Virus record (IMG/VR): IMGVR_UViG_3300037486_000366
Span: 1 to 61,175 of that record
Strand: one strand, 5' to 3'
Source of the DNA: a virus
Taxonomy: Duplodnaviria; Caudoviricetes
Length of the DNA stretch: 61,175 nucleotides
Within the stretch, counting starts at the first letter, position 1; each line of letters opens with the position of its first letter. A model generated the notes under the pieces. It made no database searches. It saw nothing but the letters and a program-made list of their open reading frames with translations, and had not been told where the DNA came from. Below are positions 9,004 to 17,247 of this stretch, piece after piece. The position numbers and the translations under genes were made by a program.

Positions 9004-9707
9004 TGGACCGCTGTCTTCAATGCAATTGCACACGAACTGAAGTTACTACTGCTTGTGTTCACATGTCTATTTGTAATAGAGAGGGTGTTCCTCTTGATGG
9101 GTTTAACTGTCCATTTCGCTGGTCAAAAGATAGGTGGGGCAGGCGGGCTCAATGTAGTTTATATAGCAACTGTAATAGAGAAACAGGTAACTTTTTTATA
9201 GGAGGACACAGTTTTATGAGTGAGGAAGAGATTGAACGCACTAGTTCACCGTTCGAATTACCGGGAATAAAAATTCCAACTCCATGGATTATGGCAGTTG
9301 CTGACCTATTAAATCATGGGGCTAACCTTTGTCATGCCATGGGTTTACCGAACAGTACTGCACAGTTAGAGACTATGGCGAAGGTTGTCATGGAAACTAT
9401 TGAATTGGAGGTCGAGCAGACGGGACAGGATCCATTGCTCATCTTAATGCAAAGACTACTAGATACGGGGAACGAGCGGAAAGATACACGTACCTTGATG
9501 GAGGTTTCACCTATTCGTTCTGTAATGTCTGACCGCATTTGGCGGACTACCATGTTACTACATTCACAGATACTTAAGGCAAACCAGTATGGTTGGACAT
9601 TTTATGAGAACATTCACTTGATGCTAGAACAGCGTGAAGCATGGTCACAAGGAGATGTGCTTTGGTTAATTGCTGTAGCCGTAGACTACATTGAAGGAAG
9701 GGTATGA
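9003..9707 (+). CDS. Hypothetical protein (possible internal start at 9216)
   Basis: TAATG coupling; Cys-rich N-terminal ~70 aa, then AGGAGG RBS before in-frame ATG 9216. Confidence 0.65.
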   Translation: MDRCLQCNCTRTEVTTACVHMSICNREGVPLDGFNCPFRWSKDRWGRRAQCSLYSNCNRETGNFFIGGHSFMSEEEIERTSSPFELPGIKIPTPWIMAVADLLNHGANLCHAMGLPNSTAQLETMAKVVMETIELEVEQTGQDPLLILMQRLLDTGNERKDTRTLMEVSPIRSVMSDRIWRTTMLLHSQILKANQYGWTFYENIHLMLEQREAWSQGDVLWLIAVAVDYIEGRV

Positions 9708-9710
9708 TAT

Positions 9711-9827
9711 ATGAAGATACCTAAAGAAGAGTTTAATGAAGAAGAAAAGAGGGAAGAAGAAGAGTGGGAGGAGACAGAGCGGGATGATTCATTCCAACTT
9801 CTTGAGGACAGGGATAGAGAGAATTAG
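9711..9827 (+). CDS. Highly acidic 38-aa peptide (not in ORF track)
   Basis: 18 of 38 residues D/E; fills the gap between two genes. Confidence 0.55.
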   Translation: MKIPKEEFNEEEKREEEEWEETERDDSFQLLEDRDREN

Positions 9828-9836
9828 GGAGGAGAA

Positions 9837-10130
9837 GTGATGATAAAGACTGCGCAGTTTATAAAACCATGTGTGTGTCGTTCGGTTGGTGAGTGTTGGC
9901 ATAATACCTTCGCAGAACTGACAGCTCTTGATAAAATGGTTGATTCTTTTGCAGAAGAAGTAAAAAGCAAGCTCCGTTCAAAGTGTCTAATGGGATATAC
10001 GGGATGGGACAACCCAGAGCTACAACCACTACTTTTGCAAAAGCTAAAAGAACACATTGAAAGAGAAGGGCAGGAAATAGACGTGGGGGCATTGGCTGCA
10101 ATGTTGTGGAACATGAAGGAGGAGAAGTAA
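9837..10130 (+). CDS. Conserved phage hypothetical protein (possibly MazG-like helical fold)
   Basis: F..E.K.KL......GY.GW...L..H......DV...AAMLW pattern seen in many phage proteins. Confidence 0.55.
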   Translation: MMIKTAQFIKPCVCRSVGECWHNTFAELTALDKMVDSFAEEVKSKLRSKCLMGYTGWDNPELQPLLLQKLKEHIEREGQEIDVGALAAMLWNMKEEK

Positions 10131-10333
10131 TGCCGAAATTCATGATAACCTTCGGACAAAGGCATCCACTAAGAGATAACTGGATAGAGATTGAAGCTCC
10201 TGATGAAGCCTTAGCACGTTTAGAAATTATTTCTGTTATTGGTAAGTATTGGGCGTTTAGTTATGAGGAAGCTTTATTTGAACCAAAATATTTTCCAGGT
10301 GGACGTGTAGGAAAAGTTATTGAGGTAAAATAA
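10130..10333 (+). CDS. Hypothetical protein
   Basis: GGAGGAG RBS, TAATG coupling. Confidence 0.7.
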   Translation: MPKFMITFGQRHPLRDNWIEIEAPDEALARLEIISVIGKYWAFSYEEALFEPKYFPGGRVGKVIEVK

Positions 10334-10605
10334 TGACTAGAGTAAATGACCGACGCATAGGAAAAAAGAAGATCTTCAAATTTACCTTTAACTATAAAGG
10401 TGAGATACACGATGTTTATACTCATGGCCTTAATGAGGACGTGGGCTTTGGACAGGCAACATTTAAACTCGCTCAAAAGTTAGGTATTACTGGTTATGCA
10501 TTGCGCTGTTATTTTTTAGGGAAACAGAATTCATACTCGAGTGTTGAGGTTAAGCAAGACGATACTAGAGACAAAAGTAAAGGAACAGGTAATAGAGCTT
10601 GTTAG
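10333..10605 (+). CDS. Hypothetical protein
   Basis: GAGG RBS, TAATG coupling. Confidence 0.65.
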   Translation: MTRVNDRRIGKKKIFKFTFNYKGEIHDVYTHGLNEDVGFGQATFKLAQKLGITGYALRCYFLGKQNSYSSVEVKQDDTRDKSKGTGNRAC

Positions 10606-10625
10606 CAAAGGAGGTGAAAACGAGA

Positions 10626-10766
10626 ATGAAAGATTGGGTGTGCACTAAATGTGGGCACGAGGTCATGGCTACAGAAAGACCGTCACCTATAAAGTGGTCA
10701 GATGGCCATGTATGTTCATTTGTTGAAGATAAAAAATACACGTTTATTAAACAGGAGGGTAGATGA
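10626..10766 (+). CDS. Small zinc-binding protein (46 aa; not in ORF track)
   Basis: AGGAGGTG RBS; WVCTKCGHE...DGHVC. Confidence 0.6.
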   Translation: MKDWVCTKCGHEVMATERPSPIKWSDGHVCSFVEDKKYTFIKQEGR

Positions 10767-11407
10767 CTAGTTATATTACACAAGAAGTTATCTCAATAAC
10801 TCCAGATAGGCAAGTTCTTGCATTTAAAAATTTACGTAGTGCCCATGCTTCTCTTCTTCAGGAGTACCATAGCTACATTATTGAAAATGAAATTGATTTA
10901 GCAAACAAGTTTTCTAATGATGAATTATGTTCATGGTATCTAAGCCTGAAAGTGAGTCAACGTGAATTCAGTACAACAGAAGACCCACGTAGACTTCCAC
11001 TTGAAATGAGAACAAGTCATGTTCATACTGCACGATATATGTGGCCTATCTTAATAATGCAAGGAAGAAAAACAGTGGAAAAGATACGTCGTGGGGAAAA
11101 GGTTACATCAATAACTGATACAAGTAGACGAAAAAAAGCTGGTCCATGTGTCTATTTCTGTAACTATGAACCTGGTGTAGACAAGGTACTCGACACCATT
11201 TATGTTAAAATGAACCCACAAATAAAGGCTCTCATAAACTTAGCAATAGATAATATTCCCAGCTCTGGATTAGTAGACTTTAAGTTTTATGAGATGATAA
11301 TGAAGTCAGCAGATAAACTAAAAACGCGGCAAAGGCCATGGCTTATATGGCTATACTATAGAACCAAAATATTAAAGTTAGGCTTTATCGAAGAAAGGAG
11401 AGTGTAA
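10763..11407 (+). CDS. Protein with C-terminal winged-helix-like domain (paralog 2)
   Basis: GGAGG RBS; C-terminal LKTRQRPWLIWLYYRTKILKLGFI. Confidence 0.7.
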   Translation: MTSYITQEVISITPDRQVLAFKNLRSAHASLLQEYHSYIIENEIDLANKFSNDELCSWYLSLKVSQREFSTTEDPRRLPLEMRTSHVHTARYMWPILIMQGRKTVEKIRRGEKVTSITDTSRRKKAGPCVYFCNYEPGVDKVLDTIYVKMNPQIKALINLAIDNIPSSGLVDFKFYEMIMKSADKLKTRQRPWLIWLYYRTKILKLGFIEERRV

Positions 11408-11751
11408 TGCCTGAACAGATGTTAGGTGATAAAAAAGTAGAGGTCTCATATCTAAGGTTGCTTGGAATTTATGAAGGTGATGTTCTCGTTGACCCGGAAA
11501 AGAAAAAATATGTTCATGCATTCCTTATTCATTGTGAAACTGTAGAGAAACAAAGGTATATTTGCCCAGTTTATACACAACCAAATCATTATGAGTCAAC
11601 TAAGAAAGCAATAGGCAGGTTAATTCCTTTATTATTTGCAGCATTTGACAAGACTATCGGCCTTGTTAAGGATGAGCATCAGGAAGGGGGAGCAGAAGTT
11701 TCTCCTGTTGTTGAACATGTCTATCAAGAAGAAAATGAGAAGACACATTAA
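11407..11751 (+). CDS. Hypothetical protein
   Basis: AAAGGAG RBS, TAATG coupling. Confidence 0.7.
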   Translation: MPEQMLGDKKVEVSYLRLLGIYEGDVLVDPEKKKYVHAFLIHCETVEKQRYICPVYTQPNHYESTKKAIGRLIPLLFAAFDKTIGLVKDEHQEGGAEVSPVVEHVYQEENEKTH

Positions 11752-11772
11752 GTTCATGCAAAAAAGATTGAC

Positions 11773-11819
11773 CTTCGTTAAACTTCGAGGTTTACTTTTT
11801 AAATTATCCGTGATATAAA
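11773..11819 (+). promoter_or_regulatory. Phage promoter family member with CTTCG direct repeats
   Basis: CTTCG 11773 and 11783, TTTACT 11791-11796, N17, TGn-TATAAA 11814-11819. Confidence 0.75.
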
Positions 11820-11875
11820 GGAATTAAATGATAATTTTGATCTATCAACTAAAATGAGAAAGGAGAATGAAGAAG

Positions 11876-12844
11876 ATGGCAGCAAATGTTGAAAGTATGG
11901 CGTACAATGGAGCAGTTCCTTGGCATGGTTTAGGTGTGCCTGTTAAGGAAAACTTAACCCCTGCTGAAATTCTTGTGGCAGCTTCTCTTAACTGGTCGGT
12001 ACGGCGTGAAGGTATAGTTACTTCCGTATCAGGGCAGACGATGCTTGATCATTACGCATTAGTAAGAGATGTAGACAACCAGATTCTTGGTATCTGTGGC
12101 AAAGAATATCAGCCCTTCCAAAACAGTGAGGTGTTTGATTTCTTCACTAAATTCGTTGAGGCCGGTAAAATGGAAATGCATATTGCCGGTTCACTTCTTA
12201 ATGGCAAGTACATTTGGGCACTTGCTAAAATCAAAGATGGACAGTTTAATCTGATGGGCGATGATCCTAATTACTCTTACTTACTTATGGTTTCTCCTCA
12301 CGTATGGGGTAAAGCCATGACGCTTCTATTTACCTCAGTACGAGTGGTATGCTGGAACACTATGAACATGGCATTAAGTAGGATAATTGCTGAACGTTTC
12401 AGGATCCTTCACAATCGTACCTTTCCGGAATTAAAAGCAGCCGCTCAAGATACCATTGAACAGGTGTTAGTTGTGAAAGAGAAATACGCGCAGCAAGCAT
12501 TACTACTTGCACAAGCTAAAGCCGAGAAAGACCAAGCACTTGAATACTTCGCTCGCCTTGTAAGCCCAAAAGCACTTGACAGTTTCAGTAAGATTAGTGA
12601 CCTTAATGAGCTCAATGATAATGCTCGCAGAATTATTTACAACTTTGAAAAAGGTCCGGGGGCAGAGCTTGTATCAGCAAAGGGAACATGGTGGGGCGCA
12701 TTCAATGCAGTCACACGATTTGTCGATCATCAGCAAGGACGATCAGGTCAAGACAAACGTTTGTATGATTCTTGGTTGGGTATAAAGAGCAAGTTGAAAC
12801 ATCAGGCTCTTGATCTTGCAATTGAGTATGCCGAAGCAGCTTAA
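11876..12844 (+). CDS. DUF932/DUF945-family (LGT_TIGR03299-like) phage/plasmid protein
   Basis: MAANVESMAY..VPWHGLG, YQPFQN, AGSL.NGK.IW.LA, VRVVCWNT, GTWWGAFNAVT..DH. Confidence 0.9.
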   Translation: MAANVESMAYNGAVPWHGLGVPVKENLTPAEILVAASLNWSVRREGIVTSVSGQTMLDHYALVRDVDNQILGICGKEYQPFQNSEVFDFFTKFVEAGKMEMHIAGSLLNGKYIWALAKIKDGQFNLMGDDPNYSYLLMVSPHVWGKAMTLLFTSVRVVCWNTMNMALSRIIAERFRILHNRTFPELKAAAQDTIEQVLVVKEKYAQQALLLAQAKAEKDQALEYFARLVSPKALDSFSKISDLNELNDNARRIIYNFEKGPGAELVSAKGTWWGAFNAVTRFVDHQQGRSGQDKRLYDSWLGIKSKLKHQALDLAIEYAEAA

Positions 12845-12950
12845 AGAAAAGGAGGGAAATGACGTAAGTAAAAGATTCGTCATCTTAGCGGCGCGAGGAT
12901 ATGGACTAATAACGCAACATAACAATCTAAAAAAATGGAGGATGTTTAAT

Positions 12951-13340
12951 ATGACAGAAGCAAAGAGCGAGGCAAAGAAGGTTCCTGAGATTCCTAAGAA
13001 AACCAAGGCAGCACCTGATGTTCCTAAAAAGGAAGTGGCAGAAAAACCTAAAAAGGAAAAGGTAGTTAAACCCGTTAAGACAGGCACGAAGTACACCCTG
13101 CTTAAGAATTTTGACCCTGCCGGCGCCGAGAAAATGCCTTTGCAGTGTCGTCAGATTCTTACAATAATTGACGAGGCACCTGGAAAAGCTATCACTAAGG
13201 TTGATTTGCTCGAAAAAATGAAAACCGCCGTAATCACGAGACAGCCGATTGAAAGAATCTTGGCCTTCTATCAGCCAAGAATTATCAGTGGAAAATATGT
13301 TGCAATGGAAGCTATTACCTCTGTTGTAGCACCTGCCTAA
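12951..13340 (+). CDS. Lys/Pro-rich tail plus winged-helix-like domain (paralog 3); possible nucleoid-associated protein
   Basis: GGAGG RBS; KKVPEIPKKTKAAPDVPKKE N-terminus; VITRQPIERILAFYQPRIISGKYV C-terminus. Confidence 0.7.
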   Translation: MTEAKSEAKKVPEIPKKTKAAPDVPKKEVAEKPKKEKVVKPVKTGTKYTLLKNFDPAGAEKMPLQCRQILTIIDEAPGKAITKVDLLEKMKTAVITRQPIERILAFYQPRIISGKYVAMEAITSVVAPA

Positions 13341-13369
13341 TTAACTTAATAAAATGTTTGTTATATCAA

Positions 13370-13401
13370 TGGCAGGGGGAAAATAAAAATTCTCCCTGCC
13401 A
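13370..13401 (+). terminator. GC-rich intergenic hairpin (terminator or processing site)
   Basis: TGGCAGGGGGA...TCTCCCTGCCA stem; weak U tract. Confidence 0.45.
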
Positions 13402-13423
13402 CTTGCTTAGAAAGGAGAATGAA

Positions 13424-13876
13424 ATGCAACAATTCCTTCAAAAAGAAATTGACTCCCACCTTGGATATATTGAAAAATTAACCGCCATGGATGATACTGC
13501 AAGGGTAATAGCACAAATAAAAGAAGAAATTGATCCTTCATTAAGCGTCTCATTACACGCTGGTGTTACCCTTACACAAATTCAAGGAATTATGGTAATG
13601 ATTTACCCAAAACATTTTGATGAAGTTAAATCAGTTCTCAAACTATTTGCTTTAAATGGTTTTTATATTAATGGTAAACCAGAGGATTATGCAGAAATAA
13701 GTAGACGTACATGGAGATTAAAATCAAAAGAACATTCTACTCCAGTTAGTATATGTGCTTTTTTCTCTGACTATAAAGAGGGGCAGGGTTGTAAATTTGT
13801 TAAGGTTGGAGTTAAAGAAGCGCCAGTCTATAAGCTCATGTGTGATACAGAGGAGGTGAAAGAAGATGCCGAATAA
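13424..13876 (+). CDS. Hypothetical protein
   Basis: AGAAAGGAG RBS before ATG 13424. Confidence 0.7.
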   Translation: MQQFLQKEIDSHLGYIEKLTAMDDTARVIAQIKEEIDPSLSVSLHAGVTLTQIQGIMVMIYPKHFDEVKSVLKLFALNGFYINGKPEDYAEISRRTWRLKSKEHSTPVSICAFFSDYKEGQGCKFVKVGVKEAPVYKLMCDTEEVKEDAE

Positions 13877-14666
13877 GTTTGGCAAATCAACAGATAAAAC
13901 ATATCTGTCTTTAGATAATGCCGAGGAGCGAGGTTTTATACACCGTGATTATATTGCTCATTGCTTACGCTGGACTCATATTGTTAAATTTCTCCAGGAA
14001 AAACAACGATATAAGACTGCATATGTAATGGACATAGGTTGTGGACAAGAAGCTCCGTTACTTAAAACACTTTACACCTCTCGTCTTTTACCTTATGTCT
14101 ATTGTGGTGTAGATGTTGGACCTATTAAGATTTTCAATACAATGCCGGCGTTACGGAAATTTGCTTTTAGTGAAGATCATATGGAAGGTATCTTATTAAT
14201 TCCTGAATGTAATATTCTAGAATTAGAACCTCCACCAACATACCAACATGCTCCTGATGTAATTGTAATGTTTGAGGTACTAGAACACAATGAAAAGGAA
14301 ACAGGGGTCAAGATTCTAGAAACCCTGAAAAAATTTGGTGGCCCACAAACAACCTTATTTATATCTACTCCATGTTATGATGGTAAAAACCTTGCTGCAA
14401 ACCATGTATATGAGTGGAGCTATAATGAGTTAGCAGCAGAACTTACAAAACACTTTATTATTGAAAATGTCTGGGGAACGTTTGCATCTATAAGAGATTA
14501 TGATCATAGGTTAGACCAAATATCTATCGACGGTTTATCTGAAATTTTCAGAAGAATGCGAGAATACTATGATGTTAACTACCTTGCGACGATTTTTGCT
14601 CCTCTGTTTCCTGAGCTTAGTCGTAATTGTCTTTGGCAATTGCATTACAAGCACCAGCTTGCTTGA
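13866..14666 (+). CDS. Class I SAM-dependent methyltransferase
   Basis: VMDIGCG motif I, DVIVMFEVLEH motif, LFISTP; GGAGGTG RBS. Confidence 0.85.
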   Translation: MPNKFGKSTDKTYLSLDNAEERGFIHRDYIAHCLRWTHIVKFLQEKQRYKTAYVMDIGCGQEAPLLKTLYTSRLLPYVYCGVDVGPIKIFNTMPALRKFAFSEDHMEGILLIPECNILELEPPPTYQHAPDVIVMFEVLEHNEKETGVKILETLKKFGGPQTTLFISTPCYDGKNLAANHVYEWSYNELAAELTKHFIIENVWGTFASIRDYDHRLDQISIDGLSEIFRRMREYYDVNYLATIFAPLFPELSRNCLWQLHYKHQLA

Positions 14667-15018
14667 TTTTAAACAGCATAAGTCGCCTACACTTGTAGCT
14701 TCGTGGTATGATTATAGTATCAACAACAGGATGATTAGTAAAACAAGGGCTACCTGTGCTAGTCGTGATTTCCCACGTTATTCTTATTTAATAGTAACTA
14801 ACCTAGATAATGGTAAAAGTGTTAGGTGCTTTGTAAACGATTATATAGAGCATCCTGATCGACACGTTGATCTATCAAGTCATGCCTTTAAACAAATAGC
14901 AAATTTAAAATTAGGATTAATTCAAGTAAAAATAACTGGAGGTAGTGATGCGGGAACTAACACCAATTCAAGAAGTAAAAATAAAACTATTGTATCAGGA
15001 CTCAATAATTCCAACTAA
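14569..15018 (+). CDS. RlpA-like double-psi beta-barrel (lytic transglycosylase-like) protein with N-terminal TM/signal
   Basis: ASWY, TCASRDFP, VTNLDNGKSV...VND, R.VDLS..AF.QIA. Confidence 0.75.
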   Translation: MMLTTLRRFLLLCFLSLVVIVFGNCITSTSLLDFKQHKSPTLVASWYDYSINNRMISKTRATCASRDFPRYSYLIVTNLDNGKSVRCFVNDYIEHPDRHVDLSSHAFKQIANLKLGLIQVKITGGSDAGTNTNSRSKNKTIVSGLNNSN

Positions 15019-15409
15019 GTCACGGGAAGGGGATGCGGGGTTTGATGTGTATGCTCTCAAATCAGTGTTGATTTGGCCACAACGATGGTATAAGTTTCCA
15101 TTAGGTTTTGCTATGGAAATTCCACAAGGATGGGTAGCAATGGTAAGTGAACGTTCAGGAATGGCAGCTAATAAAGCATTATTTACTATAGGCAACATCA
15201 TCGACTCAACTTATCGTGGAGAAGTACACGCAATAGTTTATAATGGGGATGAAGCGAATAGATGGCAAATAAATGTAGGAGATAAGATAGCTCAAATCCT
15301 AGTAATCCCCTGTTATACTGGAATTAATTTACGCGTAATGAAACGTTTATCTGAGACAGATCGTGGGGATAAAGGTTTCGGTTCAAGTGATGTGGAGGAT
15401 AAACGATGA
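14948..15409 (+). CDS. dut: Trimeric dUTPase
   Basis: AGFDV, RSG, IDSTYRGE, GDKIAQ and RGDKGFGSS: all five motifs. Confidence 0.93.
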   Translation: MRELTPIQEVKIKLLYQDSIIPTKSREGDAGFDVYALKSVLIWPQRWYKFPLGFAMEIPQGWVAMVSERSGMAANKALFTIGNIIDSTYRGEVHAIVYNGDEANRWQINVGDKIAQILVIPCYTGINLRVMKRLSETDRGDKGFGSSDVEDKR

Positions 15410-16407
15410 AAGATCAAACTGGAATTATTGTTCTTGATGGCCCTGATGCATGTGGCAAAACAACTTTACAACAAGCCTTTGTTGAACAAGCTGGTGCTAT
15501 ACCAATTCATTTAACTTACCCAGCTCCAAATGGTCTTAGTATGTTTGAGTATCAGACAAGAGAAATGGTTAATGCTATTAAGTTATCAGATGCTAACCTT
15601 GTTATAGTTGACCGTCATTGGATTAGTGAAAAATTATATGCTAAAGTTTTTCGTGATGGTAGTCCATGGCCTTTAATGGGACAGATGATGCATTATATCT
15701 TGTTAAAACAAGCAGCCCTGTATATCCTTTGTTTACCACATACAATTCCTTTGACATTAAAACGTCACAATGAAAACATTGACCAGAAGCATCCTTATCC
15801 AGATGATAAATTTACAGAGTTACTCAATGAATATCTTGATTTCTGGGAAGAACGAGCATATAACTTCTTTTTTATGCGGTATAGAATAGAGTTTGAAGGG
15901 GCTGATATGCGGTTTTTTATTTCCCAAGCACTGGAAAGATTACGAACAAATATTAGATCGCAGTATTCTCCAGCTCTTAATGTCAATGAACGTAATATTT
16001 CAGGTCACTTACTCAAAGCAAAATGTTTACTTGTTGGTTTGCAATTAAACCCTAAATATTTTCATGAACAGTTTGATGCGAACTATCCATTTTATGAGTA
16101 CGGAAACTCAAGTTTGTTTTTACATCAAACATTAAATAAGGTAATGAAGCGAGGGAAAATAGATCCAGAGTATTTTATGTGGACGAATGTCTATCAACTG
16201 GATTTTTTAACATCAGCACACTTATCACCATTACATGAAAAAGGATTAAAGATAATTACCCTTGGTAAAGAAGCTGAGAAGGTTGTTAAGCGAATTAATT
16301 TACCTTATAATGCTATACCTCACCCACAATATATCAAAAGATTTGGTGAAGGTGTGACAGATTATGAGAAACTATTATGGGAGGCAACGGAGCATGTTTT
16401 CTACTAA
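15406..16407 (+). CDS. dNMP (thymidylate-kinase-like) kinase fused to a UDG-superfamily-like domain
   Basis: P-loop DGPDACGKTT, VDRHW.SE; C-terminal LLVG...PF...SS.FL...WTN...IITLGK.A...PHPQY. Confidence 0.75.
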   Translation: MKDQTGIIVLDGPDACGKTTLQQAFVEQAGAIPIHLTYPAPNGLSMFEYQTREMVNAIKLSDANLVIVDRHWISEKLYAKVFRDGSPWPLMGQMMHYILLKQAALYILCLPHTIPLTLKRHNENIDQKHPYPDDKFTELLNEYLDFWEERAYNFFFMRYRIEFEGADMRFFISQALERLRTNIRSQYSPALNVNERNISGHLLKAKCLLVGLQLNPKYFHEQFDANYPFYEYGNSSLFLHQTLNKVMKRGKIDPEYFMWTNVYQLDFLTSAHLSPLHEKGLKIITLGKEAEKVVKRINLPYNAIPHPQYIKRFGEGVTDYEKLLWEATEHVFY

Positions 16408-17233
16408 TCCTATTTTTGCTCCAACAGCAAATATTGCTTGGGTAACTTTACTGGAGCATGTTTTAAGTAGTGGGGGGACAACTTCTCCTCGTGGTCTTAA
16501 GTCTCAAGAACTAATAAATATGACTACCTGTTGTGCTATGCATAAACCTATAGTCACTATTAAAGATAGGAAGTTAGGGTATAGGTTTCTATTTGCAGAG
16601 GCATACTGGATTTTATCTGGTGATAATCGTGTGCAGACAATTGCTCCTTATTCAAAACATATTCAGAAATTTTCAGATGATGGGCATACCTTTTTTGGGG
16701 CATATGGGCCCAAGATTGTTGAACAAATACCTTATGTTATTAGCAGTTTAATGCGTGATAAAGATACGAGGCAAGCTGTGTTAACTATATGGCGAGAGAA
16801 TCCACCACAAAGTAAAGACATTCCTTGTACTATATCAGTTCAATGGTTAATCCGAAACAATAACCTTCATTGTATTGATAATATGCGTAGTTCTGACATC
16901 TGGCTTGGTTGGCCTTATGATGTGTTTAATTTTTCAATGATAAGTTCTTATGTTCTTTTAATGCTTAAAGACCATTATCCTACATTGGAATTAGGTAATA
17001 TCAGTATGAACCTTGGGAGTGCTCATTTATACGAAAAGAATTTCAATGATGCTCAGTTATGTATAACTAATTTGAATGATTATAAGTTTCGTTATGGTAT
17101 ACTTGAGCCAAAAAAAGAATTCATTTATCCATCTGATTTATTGTATCATCTTAAGTGTGTTGCTGAGAATAGGCATTCAGAACTTAAATCACAATGGTGT
17201 TGCTGTATTGCAAGAGGCGACCATAATAAATAA
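16394..17233 (+). CDS. Thymidylate synthase homolog, probable dCMP (hydroxy)methyltransferase
   Basis: DIPC catalytic Cys; MRSSDIWLGWPYD has Asp where dUMP-specific ThyA has Asn (RSCDVFLGLPFN); SAHLY. Confidence 0.8.
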   Translation: MFSTNPIFAPTANIAWVTLLEHVLSSGGTTSPRGLKSQELINMTTCCAMHKPIVTIKDRKLGYRFLFAEAYWILSGDNRVQTIAPYSKHIQKFSDDGHTFFGAYGPKIVEQIPYVISSLMRDKDTRQAVLTIWRENPPQSKDIPCTISVQWLIRNNNLHCIDNMRSSDIWLGWPYDVFNFSMISSYVLLMLKDHYPTLELGNISMNLGSAHLYEKNFNDAQLCITNLNDYKFRYGILEPKKEFIYPSDLLYHLKCVAENRHSELKSQWCCCIARGDHNK

Positions 17234-17247
17234 ACAAGGAGAAAGAT

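Noticed and set aside
16394-17233. Ordinary thyA
   Set aside because: The specificity residue is Asp rather than Asn, so the thyA symbol was withheld.
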